Assembly (NCBI RefSeq): GCF_000020025.1 | Contig: NC_010628.1 | Coordinates: 4,380,001 to 4,412,000, forward strand | DNA length: 32,000 nucleotides | DNA from: Nostoc punctiforme PCC 73102 | GTDB lineage: Bacteria > Cyanobacteriota > Cyanobacteriia > Cyanobacteriales > Nostocaceae | Direction: 5' to 3' | Shown: piece after piece, positions 18,114 to 24,455 of the stretch | Numbering within the stretch: the stretch's first letter is position 1 | How the letters are laid out: every line of letters begins with the position of its first letter | Notes under the pieces: generated by a model | Told to the model about the DNA's origin: nothing | The model's input: only the letters and a program-made list of their open reading frames with translations | Database searches by the model: none | Made by a program: the position numbers and the translations under genes

Positions 18114-20741
18114 TCAAAGTCCCAATGGGCCACGAGTTACGCCCAATTGATTTTGCAGCTTCAACTCGCGCCATAGTTGGGAACCTGTAATTTCACCCTG
18201 CAATAATTGACGATAGCGATGTATTATTTTAGCCACTTGCTCTGGAGTTTCATTTATAAATTCAATACGAAAATGATGTAATCCCAGCTCTATGAGACGC
18301 TGTACGTACTCTGCTCCAGTTTGAGCGGTGCCGTTGAATACAGTATTGCGGCAACCTACATCTGCTTTGAGGACATGTTCGCTGCCTACACGATCTTTTA
18401 ATTTGACTTCCTGCTTTTCACAAGGTCGCCCACAGTTAGTATGATCTGTACCTGTCGATAGAAAAGCACAGAATACGCAGTGTTCCATGTGGAACATCGG
18501 TATATGTTGATGGATTGTTACCTCAAACCACTGGGGTGGACAACTGGTGAGCAGGTCTTGTAGTTGGGCAATATTCAGGTCATAAGATGCCGTCAGGCGT
18601 TCTAAAGCAAAGCGTTGCTGAAAATAGTCTGCTGTTAAGGGATTAGCAACGTTGAGCGAAAAATCTCCAATACAACGGTCTTGAGCAAAGAATCGCAGTT
18701 GGTCATAGTTCCGTATCAGATAGCCATCTGCTTCACAGGCACGTACCTGCTGCAAAATCCAATTTTCACCCGGTTTAGTAATTCGGGGCGGTGCAACCCA
18801 GATTGTGGGGAGTGCTGAATTATCAGTTAAAAGTGAAGGATTGTCTGCTTTGTTTTTTTGCTGTTGTTGGCGAACCATTTGCACCGCTTCTCGGTAGGCG
18901 CGGGGATCTTCAAATTCACAGTATAGGGTTTCAATACCAGCTTTGAGGGCGGCTTGGAGTTGCTTGAGGTTTCGTACTAAGACGATCAGTGAAGGAGAAG
19001 AGAGGGATAAGGAAGATGATGAGGGGAGTAAGTCTTGGAAAGAGACATCAGAACGTAACTGCCAACGTTTAGGTTGACTTCGCAATTCTTCCAACTGCGC
19101 CACAATTTCGCGCCTCATCCGGTTCAACTCACTTACGGGCAGCATAAGAGAAGTGCTGAGGTGGTTGGTTAGTTTTTCCAAAACGAAAGGCGTGTTACCG
19201 AGACGACCGAATTGTTCTTGTAAACGTTCTGTATCTAAGGGTTTGGTGTGCGCCTCCACCAGAGAAATTGTAGATTCTATCTGGACAATATTACCGAGTC
19301 GATCGCGGGCGATCGCAATTAATGGCTGACCGATTTCTCCATAAACCTCTACATCAATGGGACGCTGAAATTGTGGGTTCTCGCCTGCAAAACTTTGACG
19401 CAGTTGCTTCTCGAGTTCGGGATCGCTGGTTTTCCAAATGCGATCGCCTATATGCACACGGCGCAGGTTCAAGTCATTTCGCCCAAAGGTCAACATAGCT
19501 TCTTTACCCTTGGACACCACAGCATAAACCCGGCCGCCTTCTTCCTTCGCTTCTGGATGACCGCAGTCAAATACAATTCCATCCCCTGGTTTTACAGGCG
19601 CTTCCAATTTTACTGTCACCTGTTCGTTGTGAATGCGGGTAACTTCACCTAAATAAACCCCACGTTTTTTACCAAAGCGGGCGTGAACTAGTTCCTGATT
19701 ATTAATCCCGCCAAACCAGCCCGTGTAGAGTCCGCGAGAAAATGCCATCTCTAAGTTGTAGTGTTCTTGATCTAATTGACCTCTCCCCCAACCCCTCTCC
19801 GTTGGCGTAAGCCTGCCGTTAGGCATAGTGGAGAGGGGAGCCTTTATTCCCTCTTCCCTACGAGAGGAGACTAGGGAGTTAGGTCTTGCCAATTCAGTCA
19901 TCACTCCATCCAGGGCTTGCCGATAAACACGGGTGACATTAGCAACATACTCTGGAGCTTTTAGGCGACCTTCAATTTTGAGACAAGTTACTCCTGATTT
20001 CACCAAATCGGGCAAAACATCTAACCCTGCTAAATCTTGAGGACTGAGTAAATATTTGCGTTCTTTTAAATTTACAACTTCCCCATCGGCGATTAACTCG
20101 TAGGGCATCCGGCAAGCTTGGGCACATTCACCTCGGTTAGCAGAACGTCCGCCTAAAGCCTCGCTAGTCAAACACTGACCGGAATACGCCACGCACAAAG
20201 CACCGTGAACAAAAACTTCCAAGGGCAGCGAAGTTTCTTGTTGGGCAATCTGCTGCTGAATTTTATTGATTTCCTGAAGAGAACATTCACGTGCCAGCAC
20301 CACTAATTGACAGCCGAGGGACTGAGCAAATTCCACCCCAGCCGCACTAGTGATGGTCATTTGGGTAGAAGCATGGATGGGAAAATCGGGCGAGAGGTGA
20401 CGGATGAGACGACATATTCCTACATCTTGGACAATGACGGCATCTACACCTGCGGCAATAATTGTGCGGAGATATTGCTGTGCTTCTGCTAGTTCTTTGG
20501 GAAATATTAGTGTGTTGACAGTAACATAACCCTTTACACCGCGACGGTGCAGAAATGTCATCAATTGAGGTAAGTCTGCCTCAGTAAAATTTTCTGCCCG
20601 CATTCTGGCGTTGAAGCGATCCAAACCGAAGTAAATCGCATCTGCCCCATTTTCCACAGCAGCTTTAGCACATTCCCAGTTACCTGCTGGTGCGAGTAGT
20701 TCGGGACGTTGAAGAGAGAGTTGGGGGCGATCGCTTTTCAT
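18114..20741 (-). CDS. Peptidase U32 family protein (long form, tandem U32-like halves)
   Basis: 875 aa with an N-terminal U32 core (PELLAPAGNWECAKAAVENGADAIYFG, VTVNTLIF, VQDVG, EVFVHGALCVAYSGQCLTS, RSANRGECAQACR) and a second Cys-rich block near the C-terminus (MEHCVFCAFLSTG...CGRPCEK). Confidence 0.85.
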   Translation of the reverse strand: MKSDRPQLSLQRPELLAPAGNWECAKAAVENGADAIYFGLDRFNARMRAENFTEADLPQLMTFLHRRGVKGYVTVNTLIFPKELAEAQQYLRTIIAAGVDAVIVQDVGICRLIRHLSPDFPIHASTQMTITSAAGVEFAQSLGCQLVVLARECSLQEINKIQQQIAQQETSLPLEVFVHGALCVAYSGQCLTSEALGGRSANRGECAQACRMPYELIADGEVVNLKERKYLLSPQDLAGLDVLPDLVKSGVTCLKIEGRLKAPEYVANVTRVYRQALDGVMTELARPNSLVSSRREEGIKAPLSTMPNGRLTPTERGWGRGQLDQEHYNLEMAFSRGLYTGWFGGINNQELVHARFGKKRGVYLGEVTRIHNEQVTVKLEAPVKPGDGIVFDCGHPEAKEEGGRVYAVVSKGKEAMLTFGRNDLNLRRVHIGDRIWKTSDPELEKQLRQSFAGENPQFQRPIDVEVYGEIGQPLIAIARDRLGNIVQIESTISLVEAHTKPLDTERLQEQFGRLGNTPFVLEKLTNHLSTSLMLPVSELNRMRREIVAQLEELRSQPKRWQLRSDVSFQDLLPSSSSLSLSSPSLIVLVRNLKQLQAALKAGIETLYCEFEDPRAYREAVQMVRQQQQKNKADNPSLLTDNSALPTIWVAPPRITKPGENWILQQVRACEADGYLIRNYDQLRFFAQDRCIGDFSLNVANPLTADYFQQRFALERLTASYDLNIAQLQDLLTSCPPQWFEVTIHQHIPMFHMEHCVFCAFLSTGTDHTNCGRPCEKQEVKLKDRVGSEHVLKADVGCRNTVFNGTAQTGAEYVQRLIELGLHHFRIEFINETPEQVAKIIHRYRQLLQGEITGSQLWRELKLQNQLGVTRGPLGL
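19780..19885. repeat. Palindromic dispersed-repeat block lying inside the U32 CDS
   Basis: CCTCTCCCCCAACCCCTCTCC ... GGAGAGGGGAGCC (arms CCCCTCTCC / GGAGAGGGG) is followed by CTCTTCCCTACGAGAGGAGAC, which resembles CTTCTCTACGAGACGC at 29895-29910. The block translates as SSRREEGIKAPLSTMPNGRLTPTERGWGRGQ. Confidence 0.55.
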
Positions 20742-20805
20742 CAGATTTAGGGTTAAGTAGCACCATAGTGATTTTATCGAAGTTGGTGGGGGATGGTGCG
20801 ATCGC
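20727..20805. repeat. 79-bp direct repeat, copy 1 (covers the first 5 codons of the U32 gene plus 64 bp upstream)
   Basis: Base-for-base identical to 21427-21505. Both ends are GCGATCGC (HIP1). Confidence 0.95.
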
Positions 20806-20948
20806 TATCTCCTCCGTGACAATTTCATTCCTCTTCAGAGATAGCAAAACGGCTCGTTGTGATCGCCTTTGCCAAGTGAGATAAATTAAGCGATCGCTTC
20901 CTCAGCTTAATAGACAATAATCACTATGGCGATTTAGATTGAGGGTAG

Positions 20949-21164
20949 ATGCCCAAGAAAATTAGAGAGTTAAAAGCAATTTTGTTGAAAGCCGGATTTG
21001 TATATCGTCCTGCAAAAGGTAGTCATACATTCTGGACTCACCCACTTATACCTGATGAACCAGTTACCATTGCTGGAAAAGATGGAGACGATGCACCCCG
21101 ATATTTGGAAAAGCAAGTCAATCGTGTTTTGAAGCAACTAGGAGAAATAGAGGAAGAAGAATGA
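20949..21164 (+). CDS. hicA: Type II toxin-antitoxin system toxin, HicA family (mRNA interferase)
   Basis: 71 aa. MPKKIRELKAILLKAGFVYRPAKGSHTFWTHP...ITIAGKDGDDAPRYLEKQV matches the HicA/YcfA pattern (the K-x-x-E-L block and G-S-H). There is a 4-bp ATGA overlap with the next ORF. Confidence 0.85.
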   Translation: MPKKIRELKAILLKAGFVYRPAKGSHTFWTHPLIPDEPVTIAGKDGDDAPRYLEKQVNRVLKQLGEIEEEE

Positions 21165-21391
21165 ACGATCGCTACAGTATGGTAATTCAATGGTCAAATG
21201 AGGATAATTGCTACTTGGTACACTTACCAGAATTTCCTTGGCAGCAATTCCATACTCATGGCAAAAGTTATGAAGAAGCCGCTAAACATGGACACGAAGT
21301 GATTGAATCTCTAATTGAATGGTATGGAGAACAAGGAAAACCTTTGCCAGAGCCAATTACTTTTCCTCAAAAACCGTTAAAAGTAGCTTAA
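21161..21391 (+). CDS. hicB: Type II toxin-antitoxin system antitoxin, HicB family (short form, no obvious DNA-binding tail)
   Basis: 76 aa. YSMVIQWSNEDNCYLVHLPEF...THGKSYEEAAKHGHEVIESLIEWYGEQGKPLPEP is the HicB N-terminal (UPF0150-like) pattern. It is translationally coupled to hicA. Confidence 0.8.
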   Translation: MNDRYSMVIQWSNEDNCYLVHLPEFPWQQFHTHGKSYEEAAKHGHEVIESLIEWYGEQGKPLPEPITFPQKPLKVA

Positions 21392-21426
21392 ACCTTTTTT
21401 GAAGTATGTAGGCATAGCCCATCGGA

Positions 21427-21505
21427 GCGATCGCTTTTCATCAGATTTAGGGTTAAGTAGCACCATAGTGATTTTATCGAAGTTGGTGGGGGATGGTGCG
21501 ATCGC
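21427..21505. repeat. 79-bp direct repeat, copy 2
   Basis: Identical to 20727-20805 and offset by exactly 700 bp. It includes a second copy of ATGAAAAGCGATCGC (minus strand), the U32 start. Confidence 0.95.
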
Positions 21506-21702
21506 CTTTTTTGGCAAACGCTTCTTCAATAGCATTCAATACCGCTTTAATTTGCAGCACATCTTGGCAAGTTTCCACCCAAAATAAATCGACACCACCA
21601 TCGGACAGCGCCTCTGCTTGTTCAGCAAAAATAGGTTTCATGCTGTCAAAGTCAATATATCCCAAGGTAGGAAATTTGGTTGTCGGGCCGATAGAACCTG
21701 AC
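21506..21702 (-). pseudogene. metH: Orphan internal fragment of cobalamin-dependent methionine synthase (homocysteine S-methyltransferase domain)
   Basis: The minus-strand translation [67 protein letters not shown] matches the MetH N-terminal Hcy-binding barrel pattern (GSxGPT, GGxDLxxxET, D.L..KAA). It has a stop immediately upstream and is truncated downstream at a HIP1 site, leaving about 65 codons. Confidence 0.65.
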
Positions 21703-21828
21703 TGATTCTACACATAGTCAGATGAAATATTTTCGCTAAATTTCTTATCTTGGGATTACAGCTTAGAGTTGCCACTCCGTTCAGCTCAAAGATGGAAAAA
21801 ACACCAGGTGTATAACTTGAGTCCTACT

Positions 21829-22458
21829 ATGGATTTAAATTCTTTGTTCAATCTAAATACATTTATTGAATTATTACTGGGGATTAGTTTGAGCGCGGCG
21901 GCTGGCTTTCGAGTATTTGTACCACTGCTAGCATTGAGTATGGCTTCAGTTTTTGGACATTTAGATTTGCCAACTAACTTTGATTGGGTGGAAACACCTC
22001 AAGCTGTAATTGTATTTGCCGTCGCTTGTTTGCTGGAAATTATCGGTTATTACATTCCTTGGTTGGATCATCTGCTGGATATTGTTGCCACTCCTGCGGC
22101 ATTTATCGCCGGGACAATCGTAACAGCATCTGTTGCTCCAGAGATGAATCCACTGGTGCAATGGACGTTAGCTTTAATTGCAGGTGGTGGAACCGCAGGA
22201 TTAACTCAGGGATTAACGAATTTATTGCGGATAAGTTCTGCAGGGGTTTCTGGTGGATTAACCAATCCAGTTGTGTCAACCATTGAGTTGGTCATCGCAA
22301 TCGGACTGTCTGTGCTGGCGCTAGCTTTACCAGTGGTAGCAGGAGTGATTGTGATTGGTTTTCTAATAATAGCTATTCAAAGACTCTGGAATTTCTTCTT
22401 GAATAAACCATCTTCTCAAATTAACGAAACCGTCTCTCCATCAAGAGAATTGGGATAA
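21829..22458 (+). CDS. DUF4126-like integral membrane protein
   Basis: Four to five TM helices and an AAAGFRVFVPLLAL block that I associate with DUF4126. The track begins at TTG 21769; ATG 21829 (MDLNSLF...) is preferred. Confidence 0.6.
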   Translation: MDLNSLFNLNTFIELLLGISLSAAAGFRVFVPLLALSMASVFGHLDLPTNFDWVETPQAVIVFAVACLLEIIGYYIPWLDHLLDIVATPAAFIAGTIVTASVAPEMNPLVQWTLALIAGGGTAGLTQGLTNLLRISSAGVSGGLTNPVVSTIELVIAIGLSVLALALPVVAGVIVIGFLIIAIQRLWNFFLNKPSSQINETVSPSRELG

Positions 22459-22483
22459 GTACTTATGGATTGCTTTCATAGCT

Positions 22484-22592
22484 GCGTAGGCGTAGCCCGC
22501 ACTTCGACAAAGCTCAGTGACCATCGTAGACATCGCAACTATAAAGCGATCGCGTAGTCTTCGGGTGTGTTAGCGCGAAAGCGTAACGCACC
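22484..22592. repeat. Cluster of nested dispersed palindromic repeats
   Basis: GTAGCCCG...TCGTAGACATCGC is related to 29963-29985 (ATAGCCCGTGTCGTAGGCATCGC) but is interrupted by ACTTCGACAAAGCTCAGTGA. GGTGTGTTAGCGCGAAAGCGTAACGCACC (22564-22592) is the reverse-complement relative of 24395-24422. Confidence 0.6.
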
Positions 22593-22713
22593 TTTGATAC
22601 TCGTGAATGAGTCTTTGAACTCCGTTAACGAGTCTTTGAACTCCGTCGATGAACCTCAAAGCTTTGTGAATAAACCTCAAAGCTTCGTTAACCAGTCTTT
22701 GATACTCGTGGAT
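22588..22713. repeat. Tandem array of six 21-bp units of two subtypes (order A A A B B A)
   Basis: The units are GCACCTTTGATACTCGTGAAT, GAGTCTTTGAACTCCGTTAAC, GAGTCTTTGAACTCCGTCGAT, GAACCTCAAAGCTTTGTGAAT, AAACCTCAAAGCTTCGTTAAC and CAGTCTTTGATACTCGTGGAT. Subtype A has the core CTTTGA and subtype B has the inverted core TCAAAG. Confidence 0.85.
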
Positions 22714-22827
22714 GAGTGAATGTTATTGCGCTTCAACACCGCTTTACAACTGGCATTCATTAGCGTAACGGTGTCTTATTTGCTTATGAGCAGGAACATT
22801 TGGCATTAGTGGAAGCTGTTAAAAGCG

Positions 22828-23211
22828 ATGGTAGATTCCAAAGAATATGAAACGCTATTTAAAAACGATTTAGAACTATTCAGGACTTACGCAAAAATTG
22901 CCGAAAAGCTTAATTTATCGAACCGCCAAGACGCCAAGAACGCCAAGAATTCGTAGAGTGTGCGTAAGTCCTACTATTTAAAGAACTAGCAGCAAAATTA
23001 CCTGAACTCGAAGAACCGGGCAGTTTCACAATTGCTAGAAGTAAAGATTTCGATCCAGAACGCGCCGATGGTGCAGCTTTGCGTGCCTTGCGCCAACTTT
23101 TAGAAGATAAAAGATCCAGAGCAGCACTGGGGTGGATTAAAGAAAGTCTTGACTCCAGAAGGGCATTATCTGTGGCTATGCGAACATCACGCAGCAGGGT
23201 ATAAACGCTAA
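22828..23211 (+). pseudogene. Small gene of unknown function disrupted by a MITE-like insertion, possibly with a further 1-bp frameshift in an A-run
   Basis: ATG 22828 gives MVDSKEYETLFKNDLELF up to 22880. Deleting 22881-22978 (98 bp) restores one frame continuing KELAAKLPELEEPGSFTIARSKDFDPERADGAALRALRQLLEDK. After the A-run at 23109-23112 two frames stay open. The +1 frame reads DPEQHWGGLKKVLTPEGHYLWLCEHHAAGYKR and stops at 23209-23211. Confidence 0.5.
22881..22972. mobile_element. MITE-like non-autonomous element (92 bp) with 12-bp terminal inverted repeats and a 6-bp target-site duplication
   Basis: The TIRs are AGGACTTACGCA (22882-22893) and TGCGTAAGTCCT (22961-22972). ACTATT flanks both sides (22875-22880 and 22973-22978). 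The interior has the tandem CGCCAAGA / CGCCAAGAA motif and no ORF. A solo related end, TGCGTAAATCCT, sits at 29823-29834. Confidence 0.65.
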
Positions 23212-23510
23212 CTATTTGATATTTGAGATTGCGGTCTTGAATTGTAGAGACACAATTCATCAACTATTGCCTGCACCAGTAGCAATGATTTTGAGAACAT
23301 TTAAATAGCTCCCAAGACAGAGGAAGCGTCTAAAACGATTATTTAGCATTCCAACATATACTAGTAACGTATATTTGACTAGAATTAAAGTGTTATAGTG
23401 ATTATCGTTTGGATACCATCTACGGTAGGGGTTTACGGAAGTGCGCCTCTACGCAAGACATGGCAGTTTAGCTATAAGTTAATATCTACCGTTTTACGGG
23501 TATTAGAAAA

Positions 23511-24389
23511 ATGAGGTTTAAAGACTGGGCGACTAGGGTGTTACTAATCTCGCTGATGTTCATGGCTGTGATTGTAGTGCTGCTAATTGGACGAGCGACA
23601 AAATTACACAATAATCCGACAACATCCCATGTATCTAATCCACGGGCTATGGCCTTTAGTCAATATCCGCAGGTGCAATTCCAATCAGCGAAAGAGCCAG
23701 AGAAAAAATTTCAAGGTGTTATCAAGTCCCCAGTCAAGACTAACAAGCCTCTAGCAAGGTACATAACTACTCAAGCTTTTGCACAGTACAGACCTAGTTA
23801 TCAAGTTGCTTCGGTTGATCCAAGTAACTATGGAGAACGCTACGCCCAAGATGCTAACGGCGTTCCTCTCAATAACCAACCGATTATCGTCCTCCATGAA
23901 ACTGGTTATTCTGCTTCCAGTGCCATTAATTTTTTTCAAGTAGCCCATAGTGATGAAGGTGTGCAAGCAAGCTACCACGCCTTAATAAAGTTAGATGGAA
24001 CTGTGGTTTATTTAGTACCACCAGAAAAGCGGGCTTTTGGTGCAGCTAACTCAGTATTTGAAAGTCCACAGGGATTGGAAACTGTGCAAACTAATCCGAA
24101 GTTACCAGCGTCTGTGAATAATTTTGCTTATCACGTTTCTTTGGAAACACCGCCAGATAGTTATGACAGTAATAGCCAACAAACTCATAGCGGCTACACG
24201 GAGGCTCAATATAAATCTCTTGCTTGGTTAGTTGCTCAAAGTCAAGTTCCAGACTATCGCATAACTACCCATCATCTCGTAGACCGTTCTGGTAAAAAAG
24301 TTGACCCGATAAATTTTGATGGTAGTAAATTTCTGAACTTACTTAATACTTTTCGTCAGGTCAGACCAATCTATAGAGTAAATAAATAA
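23511..24389 (+). CDS. N-acetylmuramoyl-L-alanine amidase (Amidase_2/PGRP-like domain) with an N-terminal membrane anchor
   Basis: An N-terminal TM helix, then IIVLHETGYSASSAINFF, ASYHALIKLDGTVVYLV, AFGAANS, FAYHVSLETP and GYTEAQYKSLAWLV, which are typical Amidase_2 blocks. Confidence 0.65.
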   Translation: MRFKDWATRVLLISLMFMAVIVVLLIGRATKLHNNPTTSHVSNPRAMAFSQYPQVQFQSAKEPEKKFQGVIKSPVKTNKPLARYITTQAFAQYRPSYQVASVDPSNYGERYAQDANGVPLNNQPIIVLHETGYSASSAINFFQVAHSDEGVQASYHALIKLDGTVVYLVPPEKRAFGAANSVFESPQGLETVQTNPKLPASVNNFAYHVSLETPPDSYDSNSQQTHSGYTEAQYKSLAWLVAQSQVPDYRITTHHLVDRSGKKVDPINFDGSKFLNLLNTFRQVRPIYRVNK

Positions 24390-24394
24390 AAAGT

Positions 24395-24422
24395 GGTGCG
24401 TTACGCTACGCGATAACACACC
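24395..24422. repeat. Palindromic dispersed repeat / candidate bidirectional terminator between convergent genes
   Basis: GGTGCGTTACGCTACGCGATAACACACC is an imperfect hairpin. It lies between the amidase stop (24389) and the ribBA stop (24456), and a relative sits at 22564-22592. Confidence 0.5.
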
Positions 24423-24455
24423 CTACAAGATTTCTTGAAAAGAAAATCATCGAAG

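Noticed and set aside
20690-20884. 64-aa plus-strand ORF, and its twin at 21399-21587
   Set aside because: Both contain the same peptide ([26 protein letters not shown]) only because they read through the two copies of the 79-bp direct repeat. The first overlaps the U32 start in antisense. They are repeat artefacts, not paralogous genes.
21474-21705. Track ORFs on both strands (63 aa minus, 70 aa plus) as independent small genes
   Set aside because: The minus-strand ORF is the metH fragment itself, so it is called as a pseudogene remnant rather than a functional small protein. The plus-strand ORF is its antisense shadow.
22910-23263. 117-aa minus-strand ORF from the track
   Set aside because: It runs antisense to the better-supported plus-strand disrupted gene and straight through the MITE-like element. 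Its composition is S/R/L-rich and typical of an antisense frame, and it has no recognisable motif.
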